A stretch of DNA of 64,000 nucleotides from Candidatus Aenigmatarchaeota archaeon (GTDB taxonomy: Archaea; Aenigmatarchaeota; Aenigmatarchaeia; CG10238-14; SpSt-28): contig JAWBMD010000002.1 of assembly GCA_039000985.1 (NCBI GenBank), forward strand, positions 38,369-102,368, written 5' to 3'. The position numbers and the translations under genes are program-made. The notes under the pieces are model-generated. The model was not told the DNA's origin, searched no databases, and worked only from the letters and a program-made list of their open reading frames with translations. The stretch's first letter is position 1. Each line of letters starts with the position of its first letter. Below, piece after piece: positions 39,558 to 49,723 of the stretch.

Positions 39558-40087
39558 AGAATTTTTTGTTTAGCTTCTTCTACTGTTAATTTATCATTAT
39601 CTATTACATAATCTGCTAAATTTTTTAGTGAATAATAATCTAAATTATAAATTCTTTTAAATTCTTTACTTTCTTTTCTCTCCCTTTCCTTTAAAATTTC
39701 TAAAGCTTTTTCAAAACTAATTCCGTCCCTCATCGCTGTCCTTTTTGCTCTTGTTCCTAAAGATGCTTCTAACCATATTTTTAAATCTGCCAAATCCTTA
39801 AGAAAGTAAAGAGAAAGTTTACCACATATTACTACTCTTTTTCTTTTTGCTAATTCTATTTGCATTTCATCAATTTTTTTATGAAATTCTTTGCTTTTTC
39901 CCATTTCGGTTTTCCAACCAGCTAATGCTGCCTCTGAACTTAATCCTCCAAATGTTTTCTTGAAATATTCACCAGGTGAAAAATATTCATAATTCAATTC
40001 ATTAGCTATTTCTTTTGAAAGTGTAGAGGAACCTGCACCAGGTAAACCAGAAATAACTATAGTTAAATCTTTTACTTTTTTTTCCAT
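39494..40087 (-). CDS. cmk: Cytidylate kinase (archaeal type)
   Basis: ISGLPGAGSST, LKIWLEAS..RAKR, RDG. Confidence 0.8.
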   Translation of the reverse strand: MEKKVKDLTIVISGLPGAGSSTLSKEIANELNYEYFSPGEYFKKTFGGLSSEAALAGWKTEMGKSKEFHKKIDEMQIELAKRKRVVICGKLSLYFLKDLADLKIWLEASLGTRAKRTAMRDGISFEKALEILKERERKESKEFKRIYNLDYYSLKNLADYVIDNDKLTVEEAKQKILHLITSNFSFFKSSLKVKNFK

Positions 40088-40112
40088 AAAAAAATAAAAA
40101 AGGTAGTTTTAT

Positions 40113-40178
40113 TTATTCTAAATCAAGATCTTCCAATCCTACTAAATCATCTGTTTCACTAAGTTCATTGGCTTTCAT
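40113..40178 (-). CDS. Putative 21 aa acidic peptide coupled to ftsZ
   Basis: ATGA overlap with the ftsZ stop. Sequence [21 protein letters not shown]. Confidence 0.4.
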   Translation of the reverse strand: MKANELSETDDLVGLEDLDLE

Positions 40179-41326
40179 CTTAATACCTCTATTCCCAAAG
40201 CTTCATTTACCTCTCTACTTAATGGTCTCTCAAAAACACTAGTTGGTCCTAAAATATAGGGGGATTTTACTCCTGTTATTATTGAAATAACTTGTATTCT
40301 TCCTTCAAATTCTGGTAAAACTCTTGCTCCCCAAAACACATGTGCACTTGGATCTAAATATTGACCAACTGTTTCTCCTATGGTCGTAACTTCATCCAAT
40401 CTCAAATCTGGTCCACCTGTTATATGTATTAAAGCACCAGTAGCTCCCGAATAATCCACTTCTAGCAAAGGATTCTCTAATGCTTTTGTTATAGCATCTC
40501 TTGCTCTATCACTTGTTGAACTTTCAGCAACACCCATTGCTGCAACACCGCCACTTCTCATAACAGCTTTTACATCAGCAAAATCTAAATTAACTAAGCT
40601 TGGTAATGTTATAGTTTCTGTAATCCCTTTTACCATGCTAGCAATTAATTCATCTGCAACAGCAAAAGCTTGCTGTAAAGATAAATTACCAGCATATTTA
40701 GAAAGTTTATCATTTTCTATAACAATAGTCGTATCAGTAACATTTCTTAAATTAGCTAAAGCTTCTTCAGCTTTAGAAACTCTTCCACCCTCTATTTTAA
40801 ATGGCATTGTAACTACTGCTATTACCATTGAGCCCATAGATTTAGCTAACTCGCAAACAACTGGGATACTTCCAGTACCAGTACCTTTTCCTAAACCGGC
40901 TATTGCAAAAACCAAATCAGTTCCTTCTAAAACTTCTTTAATTTCATTTCTACTTTCTTCAGCAGCTTTTCTACCTATTTCAGGATAACCACCTGCTCCT
41001 AAACCTTTTGTTAGTTCTTTTCCAATTAATAATTTTTTATTAGCTTTTATAATTGCTAAATGTTTAGCATCTGTATTTAAAGCAACTGTAGTAGCTCCTT
41101 CTACTCCCATTTCTGTAAGTCTTGATATAGTATTACAGCCAGCTCCCCCACAACCAACTACAACTATTTTAGCTTTTTTAATAGCAACACCAAGTTCCTC
41201 TTCTACTAATTTAAAATAATCTATATTACTTTTTGTTATTCCACTAGTTAGTTTAAACCTATCTTCTATTCTTTCTTCTCTGTATCCTTTCGATCGATTC
41301 AATGCACTTCGAACTATACTCTCCAT
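40175..41326 (-). CDS. ftsZ: Cell division protein FtsZ
   Basis: [28 protein letters not shown]. Confidence 0.95.
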   Translation of the reverse strand: MESIVRSALNRSKGYREERIEDRFKLTSGITKSNIDYFKLVEEELGVAIKKAKIVVVGCGGAGCNTISRLTEMGVEGATTVALNTDAKHLAIIKANKKLLIGKELTKGLGAGGYPEIGRKAAEESRNEIKEVLEGTDLVFAIAGLGKGTGTGSIPVVCELAKSMGSMVIAVVTMPFKIEGGRVSKAEEALANLRNVTDTTIVIENDKLSKYAGNLSLQQAFAVADELIASMVKGITETITLPSLVNLDFADVKAVMRSGGVAAMGVAESSTSDRARDAITKALENPLLEVDYSGATGALIHITGGPDLRLDEVTTIGETVGQYLDPSAHVFWGARVLPEFEGRIQVISIITGVKSPYILGPTSVFERPLSREVNEALGIEVLR

Positions 41327-41625
41327 TATATATTTTCCACTATCGAAATCTATTTATTTATTTATTCTATATGCTATTTGTAGAGCTTCAAACAAAACTT
41401 TTTAAAATAGACCCCAATCGCTTCAATCGCTTCTAGACCCCAATTATATCTTGACATATTTATTTAAATTTTTTTCTATTCTAAAATATATAGCTTTTGA
41501 ATAATTATTTGCAATATTAATTAGTTTTTAAACAAAATTTTACTATAAATGCTAATCAATAAAAATATATTGAAACGCAATTAAAGATAGTTAGTTATTT
41601 AAACCTATTTATCAAAAAATCAAAT

Positions 41626-41790
41626 ATGCATTGTGTAAAATGCTCTTCAACCAACATTGTAAGATTTGTAGATTTTAATGGAGTAAAAAGAATTTATTGT
41701 AGATATTGTAAATATAGTTATCCTCTACTAATAACTCGAAATTTCTTAAATGAAACATTAAACAATAATAAGCATTTTTATATAAAATAA
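41626..41790 (+). CDS. Small Zn-ribbon protein (54 aa)
   Basis: MHCVKCSSTN...IYCRYC, below the ORF-track cutoff. TTTAAA lies about 25 nt upstream. Confidence 0.6.
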   Translation: MHCVKCSSTNIVRFVDFNGVKRIYCRYCKYSYPLLITRNFLNETLNNNKHFYIK

Positions 41791-41799
41791 AATTATAAA

Positions 41800-41883
41800 G
41801 CCCAGGTGGCCGAGTGGTTAAGGCGCATGCCTGGAGAGCATGTGGAGCTTTGCTCCGCCAGGGTTCGAATCCCTGCCTGGGCG
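41800..41883 (+). tRNA. tRNA-Ser(GGA)
   Basis: CATGC-CT-GGA-GA-GCATG anticodon arm, long variable arm, G73. Confidence 0.95.
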
Positions 41884-41929
41884 CTTCAAGCCCTCAATAC
41901 CTGCACTACTTTTATAAAAAAAAGAATGT

Positions 41930-43477
41930 TCACCTTTCCAAAACAAAATATTTTTTCGGTACCTTTACTTCCCTTAATATTTTTATTAACATATCGTAAC
42001 TTTTACCTATACCAACACTTCCATTTTCTTTAACAATTTTCATAGCATTCTCTAACCTATTTTCAGAATTGGAATATAATCTCAAAACTTTTTCACCTCT
42101 CTTTATCGGATCACCAAGCTTTTTAAATAAGACTATACCAGCACTTAAATCTTTTGGACAACCCAATGCTCTAGCAACTTGATTTAGAGAGCTATTATCT
42201 AACCATAAAATAAATCCATCCTTCTCAGCAATAAAATCTTCATGATATTTACCAACCTCTATATCATCTGGCCTAATATTTTTATTACCACCTTGCATTT
42301 CTATTATCTCTCTCATTTTTTCCTCAGCTTTACCATTCTTCAAAGTTCTTTCTAAAGCATTTAAATAATTGCCAGGCTTAACTAAATTAAGTAAAGAGTT
42401 CGCAATTACAAGAACTTTGTTATGTAAATCTTCTATGTTTCTTTTTCCAAATAAAAATTCCAAAGCTTCTTTAGCTTCCAATGCAGGACCTATACTATAA
42501 CCAATTGGTTGAATACCTTGTGTTATACAAACAGCTAACTTAATTTTAAGTAATTTTGAAATTTCTAGAAAATCCTTAGCTAAAATTTCTGCATCTCCTA
42601 TTGTTTTTACCTTAACGCCTCTTCCTGTTGGAATATCAACAACTAAATGAGTTGCATTAACTGCTTTTTTCTTTGCCATTATAGAGGCTAGTAAAAACGG
42701 ATCTAAACCAAGCTGATATTCGTATCTTATAAAAATGTCATCTGCTGGAGCTAAATGTAAGCTTCCACCCCAAACTAAACATCCATTCGTTTTATTAACA
42801 ACTTCCTCCATTTCCTCTATACTCAAATCAACATTCATTAAAACAGATGCTTTATCAGCTGTTCCAGCAGCACTTGTAATAGCTCTTGAAGATGTTTTAG
42901 GAATTTTATAACCTAATGAAGCTATTAATGGAACTAAAATTAAACTTGTTTTATCACCACTCAAACCACCAATTGAATGCTTATCCAAAACAACTTTGCT
43001 ATTTAGTTTTAATACTTTACCGGTTTTTACCATAGCTTTTGCGAAGTTTGCAGCTTCATCTATACCCATACCAAAAGAATTCAACGCAACAACTAAAGCA
43101 GTTAATTCAATATCGCTCAAATTTCCATCAACAGCATCTTTAACTATAGAAAAAATTTCTTCATAGGTTAATTTTCTACCAGCTATTTTATTTTTTATTG
43201 CATTTAACGATTTTGAATAGCCTAAATTTAATACTTCAACTACTTCACCATTTTTAATAGAATAGTTTGTAGCAACATCCCTATATAAACCAATTTCTCC
43301 CTTGTTTACTAAGGTTTCACTAAAATTTACAGAAGCTATTATTTCATTATTTTTGTAAATTATTTTAATTCTATTTCCAATCAAATCCAATTCTTCTGCA
43401 TCTCCTTTATTTAAAACAACTATAGATTTACCAGCAATTATATCTAAAACTTTAGCTTTTAGCAACACTTCTAACAA
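41930..43477 (-). CDS. AMP phosphorylase (thymidine phosphorylase family)
   Basis: DKHSIGG, PKTSSRAITSAAGTAD, SIMAKK, plus an N-terminal archaeal extension. Confidence 0.9.
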   Translation of the reverse strand: MLEVLLKAKVLDIIAGKSIVVLNKGDAEELDLIGNRIKIIYKNNEIIASVNFSETLVNKGEIGLYRDVATNYSIKNGEVVEVLNLGYSKSLNAIKNKIAGRKLTYEEIFSIVKDAVDGNLSDIELTALVVALNSFGMGIDEAANFAKAMVKTGKVLKLNSKVVLDKHSIGGLSGDKTSLILVPLIASLGYKIPKTSSRAITSAAGTADKASVLMNVDLSIEEMEEVVNKTNGCLVWGGSLHLAPADDIFIRYEYQLGLDPFLLASIMAKKKAVNATHLVVDIPTGRGVKVKTIGDAEILAKDFLEISKLLKIKLAVCITQGIQPIGYSIGPALEAKEALEFLFGKRNIEDLHNKVLVIANSLLNLVKPGNYLNALERTLKNGKAEEKMREIIEMQGGNKNIRPDDIEVGKYHEDFIAEKDGFILWLDNSSLNQVARALGCPKDLSAGIVLFKKLGDPIKRGEKVLRLYSNSENRLENAMKIVKENGSVGIGKSYDMLIKILREVKVPKKYFVLER

Positions 43478-44135
43478 CTATTCCAATACCACTTTTTATC
43501 TCAAAAGGAACTTCATCACCAATATGTTCTGTAGCTCTCATTTTTCTCACTATTAAACTTCTAGTCAAATTTCCAATATAATATTTTAAAATAATTATCC
43601 CATCTGAAGTAAATTCCTCTATCCCAAAAGATGAAATAGAAGTAGAACCTTCCGGAACTTCACAAGTTAATATACTAGTGCAACCAAGTCTTTTTAATAG
43701 CATATCTAAATCTAGTAAGCTTCTCCTTATATCTAAAAGCTTTTCAAAAAACAAACTTAATGTTGTTATTGGATCTATAACTAATCTTTTTATGTTAAAC
43801 TTTTCTACATTTACCTCTATCATAGATTTAAAATTTTCATAGTTAAAAAGCTCTGTTCTCAAAAAAATTATTCTTTTTCCTTTTTCAAATTTTTCCAAAG
43901 GCCAGTTAAAACTCGCTTCCATATATTGCTTTAATCTTTTTACATCTTCTTCCATAGATAAATATAAACCATTTTCTCCAATCATAGCACCATGAACTAA
44001 AAACTGAATAGAAAAAATTGTTTTTCCTGTACCTGGTGAGCCAGTTAATAAAATTGTTGAACCCTCAGGTACACCACCTTGAATTAATTTGTCTAAACCT
44101 TTTATTCCAAAAGATACTCTTTTTATTTTTGTCAT
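43452..44135 (-). CDS. KaiC/RAD55-family ATPase
   Basis: GSPGTGKT, LVIDP, VRKMRATEH. Confidence 0.88.
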   Translation of the reverse strand: MTKIKRVSFGIKGLDKLIQGGVPEGSTILLTGSPGTGKTIFSIQFLVHGAMIGENGLYLSMEEDVKRLKQYMEASFNWPLEKFEKGKRIIFLRTELFNYENFKSMIEVNVEKFNIKRLVIDPITTLSLFFEKLLDIRRSLLDLDMLLKRLGCTSILTCEVPEGSTSISSFGIEEFTSDGIIILKYYIGNLTRSLIVRKMRATEHIGDEVPFEIKSGIGIVVRSVAKS

Positions 44136-44428
44136 TTAAGTATTCTTACTGTTCTTGGAGCAACAACTAGCAAATCATCACTAACACCAACAATATCCCC
44201 CTCAACACTTTCTATAAACTTCTTTATTTTTTCAACAGATTTTTTTAACTCTGCTTCGCTTTTCTTTTTAATCTCTTTTATCCTAACAAAAACTAATTTG
44301 TTATTTCTAACATGCTCTATTATTTTGTCGACATCCTTGTAATTATTCAAACTTTCTACTCTTACAAACAATTTTTCTGCTTCAGGTTGAGAATAATCTA
44401 TTTCTACGTACTCTTCTTTTTCAGGCAT
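44132..44428 (-). CDS. sepF: SepF (archaeal DUF552 type)
   Basis: EYVEID N-terminus and GDIVG...LVVAP..RI. Confidence 0.8.
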   Translation of the reverse strand: MPEKEEYVEIDYSQPEAEKLFVRVESLNNYKDVDKIIEHVRNNKLVFVRIKEIKKKSEAELKKSVEKIKKFIESVEGDIVGVSDDLLVVAPRTVRILK

Positions 44429-44463
44429 AAAATTTATTTACAAAATTTATATTTAAATAATAA

Positions 44464-44574
44464 CGGGACGTAGCTCAACGGTAGAGCGGCCGGCTGTAGG
44501 TAGTGCATTGCATTATTCACAGTGGTCGCTCAGTAGAAACCGGTAGGTTGTGGGTTCGAATCCCACCGTCCCGA
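44464..44574 (+). tRNA. tRNA-Tyr(GTA) with 39-nt intron at 37/38 (44500-44538)
   Basis: C1-G72 acceptor pair. BHB helix CUGU/GUAG with bulges AG^G and AA^A. Confidence 0.92.
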
Positions 44575-44607
44575 AAGGTTTAAATACTTTTCTATTAAAC
44601 TTATATT

Positions 44608-44973
44608 ATGCTTTTTGGTAAAAAAAATGCAAACAATAATAACAACTGGAAATGGACAGAATTGTTAAGGGAAGATAGTAAAGCTATTTTAAATGAAATA
44701 ATAGAGAAAACAAAATTCCATAGAGCTGCTTATACTTCTAGTGATGATGCAAAAATAGCACAAATATGGTGTGCAATAATAGAATTAAAAAGAGATATAG
44801 AGAATTTAAGAAAAGATGTAAATACTGCATTAGAACCATTTAAAAAAATAATTGAATATGGAGAAGAAGAAAAAAGAAAAGCAATAGAAAATGTTATATC
44901 TTCATTAATTAAAGAAGTAGAAAATAAAGAAAAAATAGCAAAAGAAGTTACAAGTAGCTTGCTAAAAATTTGA
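44608..44973 (+). CDS. Hypothetical coiled-coil protein
   Basis: 121 aa ORF with TTTAAATA upstream. Confidence 0.65.
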   Translation: MLFGKKNANNNNNWKWTELLREDSKAILNEIIEKTKFHRAAYTSSDDAKIAQIWCAIIELKRDIENLRKDVNTALEPFKKIIEYGEEEKRKAIENVISSLIKEVENKEKIAKEVTSSLLKI

Positions 44974-45450
44974 GATAATTTTATTGAAAATTAGTTCTCT
45001 ATTTTCTTTTGTTAACCAATAGAATTCTCCAAAGTTTTTGTAAGTATTTACAAAATCTCTATGAACAGTTATTAAAAATTCCTTTTTGTTTAATATATCA
45101 AAAATTTTTTCCTTAAATTTTTCACTAAACATTTCCATTTTTCCAATTTCATCTATTATATAAAAATCTGCTTCTCTATTCAAAGCTGGTAGAGTAATAT
45201 CTTCGAAAACTTTTATATCAACAAAATATTTTGAAATTTTTAAATTCGATTTTATTGAAGTGCTTGCAAAAACTTTTTCACTATTTGAATAAACATCAAC
45301 AACTTTAAAGCCAATTCTATTTTTTCCTTCTCTAATTTCTGGAGTAATTATGCCAGTAATTTTAATTTTTCCTTTTAAAGAATTTGCTACTTTTAAAGCC
45401 AAAGTTGTTTTTCCAATACCAGGGTAGCCAGATATTATAAATTTTCTCAT
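44962..45450 (-). CDS. Nucleoside-triphosphatase THEP1 family
   Basis: GYPGIGKTT, RIGF, IIDEIGKME. True start MRKF at 45450. Confidence 0.88.
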   Translation of the reverse strand: MRKFIISGYPGIGKTTLALKVANSLKGKIKITGIITPEIREGKNRIGFKVVDVYSNSEKVFASTSIKSNLKISKYFVDIKVFEDITLPALNREADFYIIDEIGKMEMFSEKFKEKIFDILNKKEFLITVHRDFVNTYKNFGEFYWLTKENRELIFNKIISNF

Positions 45451-45466
45451 ATATAAAGATTTCTTT

Positions 45467-45826
45467 ATGGTAAAAAGAACTGGACCAACAAACCCATCAC
45501 TAAAAAAATTGTTAATAGAGCTGGAAAAAACATATAGAAAAACAAAAAGACCTATTTGGAAAGATTTACTAGAAAAATTAAGTAAACCAAGAAGAAAAAG
45601 AATTGAAGTTAATTTGTTTAAAATAGATAAATATGTGAATGAAAATGAAATTGCTGTAGTGCCAGGAAAGGTTTTAAGTGTTGGCGAATTAACAAAACCT
45701 TTAACAATAGCTGCTTGGAAATTTAGTAAAAAGGCGAGAGAAAAAATAGAGAAAAATAATGGAAAAGCAATTGATATGTATGAGTTAATAAAATTAAATC
45801 CTAAAAACATAAGAATAATATGTTGA
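45467..45826 (+). CDS. rpl18e: 50S ribosomal protein eL18
   Basis: TGPTNP, VVPGKVL, AAWKFS. Confidence 0.93.
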   Translation: MVKRTGPTNPSLKKLLIELEKTYRKTKRPIWKDLLEKLSKPRRKRIEVNLFKIDKYVNENEIAVVPGKVLSVGELTKPLTIAAWKFSKKAREKIEKNNGKAIDMYELIKLNPKNIRIIC

Positions 45827-46248
45827 AAATATATGATGCTGAAAATCAAATCTTAGGTAGACTTTGTTCCGTAATAGCAAAAGATTTACTTAATGATAAT
45901 ATGGTTTATGTAGTTAACGCGGAAAAATCTGTAATCTCTGGCAAAAAAGAATTCACAATTAAAAAATATTTAGAAAGAAGGAGAAGAGGAGATCCAATTA
46001 AAGGACCTTTTTACCCTAGATATCCGGATAGAATATTTAGAAGAACAGTAAGAGGAATGTTACCAATTAAAAAAGCAAAAGGAAGAAAAGCATTTAGAAA
46101 ATTAAAAGTATTCATTGGAATTCCGAAAGAGCTTGAAAAGAAAAAAAATGAATTCATAAAATTGAAAGAAGCTGATGCAAAAAAATTAAAATGCGAATAT
46201 ATAACTTTAGAAGAATTATCTATACATTTAGGGGCTACTAAAAAATGA
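45820..46248 (+). CDS. rpl13: 50S ribosomal protein uL13
   Basis: DAENQILGRL, GPFYPRYPD, VRGMLP. Confidence 0.93.
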   Translation: MLKIYDAENQILGRLCSVIAKDLLNDNMVYVVNAEKSVISGKKEFTIKKYLERRRRGDPIKGPFYPRYPDRIFRRTVRGMLPIKKAKGRKAFRKLKVFIGIPKELEKKKNEFIKLKEADAKKLKCEYITLEELSIHLGATKK

Positions 46249-46649
46249 TATTTGTTGGAAAAAGAAGAAGGGCCATAGCTAGATTGAAAATAGAGGAAGG
46301 GGGTAGTGGAAAAATTATTGTTAATTCTAAAAGTTTAGAAGATTATTTTAGAAACAATTATCTCATTACATTTATAAAAGAACCTTTACATTTATCAGAT
46401 AATCTATATGAAAAATTTGATTTTTATGTAAATGTTAAAGGTGGTGGTATTGTTGGACAAGCAGAAGCTGTTAGACAAGCAATTGCAAGAGCTTTAGCAT
46501 ATAAAAGTAAAGAGTTGGAAAAATTTTTTTCATCATATGATACAAATTTATTAACTTTTGATTCTAGAAGAAATGAGCCCCATCATTCAAGCGGAAAAGG
46601 TGCAAGTAAGCGTGGAAGCAGAAGACATAAACAAAGAAGCAAGCGCTAA
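46245..46649 (+). CDS. rps9: 30S ribosomal protein uS9
   Basis: GKRRRAIAR, VKGGG..GQAEAVR, QRSKR. Confidence 0.93.
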   Translation: MIFVGKRRRAIARLKIEEGGSGKIIVNSKSLEDYFRNNYLITFIKEPLHLSDNLYEKFDFYVNVKGGGIVGQAEAVRQAIARALAYKSKELEKFFSSYDTNLLTFDSRRNEPHHSSGKGASKRGSRRHKQRSKR

Positions 46650-47401
46650 AGAGATAAGCTATTAATAATAACAACTTCTACAAAAGCTGCTGAAAATAAT
46701 ATTGCTACAGAAAAAGTAATTAGCATTACACAATCTTCCAAAATTTTTATAAAATTTTTTCTTCTAAAAGAAACATAAAGAATGCTACCTGCTACAGCTG
46801 TTATAAAATATGCTAAAAACTCTAAAGAGCCATGTGGTAAATAAATTAATGAATAAATGGGTATAAAAAGAAAATTTTGCTTTGTGTTTAATGTTATTGC
46901 CGTTGCTAGCACACCAGCATTCCATGAAATTATGAACAAAGATGCTGAGCCATAAATAAGTGAAAATAAAAATATAACAAAAAGCACAGATAAATTATTA
47001 ACAAAAATTCTTGCAAAGGTATTTTTTTCAACAAAACTTCCTCTTATTTTTTTTATCTCATTCAAATAATCTGAAAACATTTTTTGTTGAATTTCTGATG
47101 GAATAATATGTTGAATTATTAAAAATGAAAAAAATATTCCTAAAAATATTGAAGCATAAATTTCAAAAGAATCTCTGTATTTTTCAATTATATCAATATT
47201 TTTTTCGCTAATTATCACTGTTCTTTTTCTAAAATATTCTATTAAAAATGGTGTTAGAGCTATTGTTATTAAAAAGCTTGAAGAAATTCCCATGCTCGAT
47301 GGCAATATAAAATAAGCTAAAATTAATGAAATAGAAGCTACAATACTTGAAACTATGAATAAGTGAAATTTACTTTTTATTGAAAGATAATCAAGCACCA
47401 T
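46646..47401 (-). CDS. SpoIIM/DUF95-family membrane protein
   Basis: IFVNNL, WNA, PHGSLEFLAY. Confidence 0.8.
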   Translation of the reverse strand: MVLDYLSIKSKFHLFIVSSIVASISLILAYFILPSSMGISSSFLITIALTPFLIEYFRKRTVIISEKNIDIIEKYRDSFEIYASIFLGIFFSFLIIQHIIPSEIQQKMFSDYLNEIKKIRGSFVEKNTFARIFVNNLSVLFVIFLFSLIYGSASLFIISWNAGVLATAITLNTKQNFLFIPIYSLIYLPHGSLEFLAYFITAVAGSILYVSFRRKNFIKILEDCVMLITFSVAILFSAAFVEVVIINSLSL

Positions 47402-47428
47402 AAATAATATTTGTTAAATATTTTCATT

Positions 47429-47839
47429 ATGAAAGTTGATGTAAAAACTTTATCTGCGCTAATAATAATAATTGTTATGTTGGCAAGCTCTTTTCTTGGA
47501 GCAATAAATATTGTTCAACAAAGAATAAAAACTCCACCAAATATTGTTGAATATGAGTTTGATGAAAACATTAAAAAATTACTAATACAAAACTATAGAA
47601 CTCTAATAACTTTTAAATATAATTTAGATTGCGAGGAATGTTTAGATACTTTATATTTTTTAAAAGATTTAGTAAATAGAAATACAAATCAACTATTTCT
47701 ACAAATAATAAGTAATGAAAGAAATTACTCAATAAAAATAGAAAGTATGTTTGGAAATAAGGAATTAAATACACCAAACACTACTGAAATATTAAAAGCT
47801 ATTTGTGATTTGGTTTATATTGAGCTAACAGATTGTTAA
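47429..47839 (+). CDS. Membrane-anchored hypothetical protein with CxxC
   Basis: N-terminal TM segment, CEEC and C-terminal cysteines. Confidence 0.6.
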   Translation: MKVDVKTLSALIIIIVMLASSFLGAINIVQQRIKTPPNIVEYEFDENIKKLLIQNYRTLITFKYNLDCEECLDTLYFLKDLVNRNTNQLFLQIISNERNYSIKIESMFGNKELNTPNTTEILKAICDLVYIELTDC

Positions 47840-48248
47840 GTATACCATTTGGTTCATCTGGTTCCTTTTCCCATTTTCTTACTCTGAAATCTAATCCATA
47901 TTTTGGAAAAATTTTTTCAAGAATATATTCTATTGCTCTTTCTTTTTTATTGTCATCCATTTTCAATCCATTATGAGAAATTACATGTCCTATAAGAACC
48001 ATAAGTAATGTTTCTAAATCAAAACTTTTTTTATATTTATTGTCTAACCTTTGATAATGTTCTTTAACTCTTGTCATTATATCTGAAATAATGTACTCAT
48101 ACTTACTGTTTTTTATATCTTCATTTATTAGATGGTCTGCAATTTCCTTCAAAAGTCTAATAACTTTCCCTCCATCATAACCAAACTCCCTTTTTAGATC
48201 CATATATATAGTATTTACTACCATAAGGTAACTATAAAAATAAAACAT
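47799..48248 (-). CDS. Hypothetical protein
   Basis: ORF present. Start probably at 48224 or later. Confidence 0.5.
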   Translation of the reverse strand: MFYFYSYLMVVNTIYMDLKREFGYDGGKVIRLLKEIADHLINEDIKNSKYEYIISDIMTRVKEHYQRLDNKYKKSFDLETLLMVLIGHVISHNGLKMDDNKKERAIEYILEKIFPKYGLDFRVRKWEKEPDEPNGILNNLLAQYKPNHK

Positions 48249-48360
48249 AAATATCTCTCTATGTTTGTGTAAACAAAAATTTACAAATTAAGAAAAATTA
48301 TAAATAAAAATTTACTCACATATAAATTTTTAAATCCAAAAAACTATTATAACTAATTAT

Positions 48361-48487
48361 GCAGGGGTCGCCAAGTCTGGCCAAAGGCGGCAGGCTTAAG
48401 AAGCAACTAACCCATCATCTTAAGCTATGATAAATGAAGAAACCTGCTGGGTTAGTCCCTTCGTGGGTTCAAATCCCACCCCCTGCA
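48361..48487 (+). tRNA. tRNA-Leu(TAA) with 41-nt intron at 37/38 (48401-48441)
   Basis: GCAGGGG/CCCCTGC acceptor stem, GCAGG-CT-TAA-G[intron]A-CCTGC, long variable arm. Confidence 0.9.
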
Positions 48488-48603
48488 CAAATAGCATAAA
48501 AATTATACCTCACTATCAATACTAGAACATTAGAAAAATTTTTTAAGATACCTCTCCTCCTTTGCTTTACAAAAAATAAAAGAGCTCGCGCTCTCAAGAA
48601 AAG

Positions 48604-48813
48604 TTAAATTATAGTAGCTATAGCAAATCTTCTTTTAACTGACTCTATTTTCACTTTATATTTTTCACCAACTTTTCCTCCTTTTACAAATACTACAAAG
48701 TTTTTTATTCTTGCTACACCATCTCCCATTGCTCCAGATTCTGTTATTTCCACATCATATTCCTCACCAGCTTTTACTGGTGCTTCTCTTCTTTCAAACT
48801 TTTTTCTGAACAT
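48604..48813 (-). CDS. Single TRAM domain RNA-binding protein
   Basis: APVKAGEEYDVEI...GDGVARI.NFVVFV. Confidence 0.9.
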   Translation of the reverse strand: MFRKKFERREAPVKAGEEYDVEITESGAMGDGVARIKNFVVFVKGGKVGEKYKVKIESVKRRFAIATII

Positions 48814-48827
48814 ACTGGTAAATTTTT

Positions 48828-49529
48828 TTAGATTGTGGTAAATAAATACCTTATATTTTCCCAATCTTTTTTAATAATATCTTTTAGCTCAGCATTATAT
48901 AAAGCACTTGCTGGATGAAACATACAAACTATTTTAAAATTAAACTTTAAACTATTAACATTAAAAATCTTTCCATGTAAATCATTCATGCTTGTATATT
49001 TCACATTTGTAAAATTTTCGAGCAAATATCTAGCAGCAATTTCACCAAGAGCTATTATTATTTTAGGATTAATTAATTCTATTTGCTTTTTTAAATAAAG
49101 TTCTGTACAAGTTTTTATGGAATTTTCGCTCGGCATATTATTTGGAGGAATACACTTAACAACATTAGTTATATAAACTTCTTCTCTTTTTAAACCAACC
49201 ATTTCTAAAAGCTCATTTAAAAACATACCAGCTCTACCAACAAATGGTCTACCTTGCAAATCCTCTTCCTTACCAGGACCTAAACCTATTATCATTATTT
49301 TGGAATTAAAATTTCCCTCCCCCGGAACAGCATTTTTTCTATATTGATATAACTCGCAAGCTTTACAATTTTTTATTTTGCTCTCAAACTCATTTATCAT
49401 TTCATTCATTTCATTTAAAAATCTTTTTATAACCCTTGGTAAATCCTTATCTTCAACTCTTAAAACACTAGCTGCTTCTCTTAATATTTTTTCTTTTTTC
49501 TTCAGAGCTTCAAAACTTTCCCTATCCAT
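48828..49529 (-). CDS. udg: Family 4 uracil-DNA glycosylase with N-terminal helical extension
   Basis: CKACEL, VPGEG, GRPFVGRAG, TNVVKC, FHPAS. Confidence 0.9.
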   Translation of the reverse strand: MDRESFEALKKKEKILREAASVLRVEDKDLPRVIKRFLNEMNEMINEFESKIKNCKACELYQYRKNAVPGEGNFNSKIMIIGLGPGKEEDLQGRPFVGRAGMFLNELLEMVGLKREEVYITNVVKCIPPNNMPSENSIKTCTELYLKKQIELINPKIIIALGEIAARYLLENFTNVKYTSMNDLHGKIFNVNSLKFNFKIVCMFHPASALYNAELKDIIKKDWENIRYLFTTI

Positions 49530-49570
49530 AAAAAATATAAATTTTTAAAAACTAAATTTACTTTACTACC

Positions 49571-49723
49571 ATGTTAGCAATAGAGAAAAGTTTGAAGCAT
49601 TGTACTAATTGCTTGAACAATGCACATATAAAAGTTGAAATGGTAGAGCAAGAAGTTTTTGATGAATATTGGAGTAAAAGATTGTTTGTTTGCCCAAATT
49701 GTGGCTCAACAAAATCAATTTAA
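49571..49723 (+). CDS. Small Zn-ribbon protein (50 aa)
   Basis: HCTNC ... FVCPNCG, below the ORF-track cutoff. Confidence 0.65.
   Translation: MLAIEKSLKHCTNCLNNAHIKVEMVEQEVFDEYWSKRLFVCPNCGSTKSI

Noticed and set aside
41408..41443. Short direct repeats (tagaccccaat x2, caatcgctt x2) upstream of ftsZ
   Set aside because: Only two short copies and no spacers, so not a CRISPR array. It could be regulatory, but I cannot support that.
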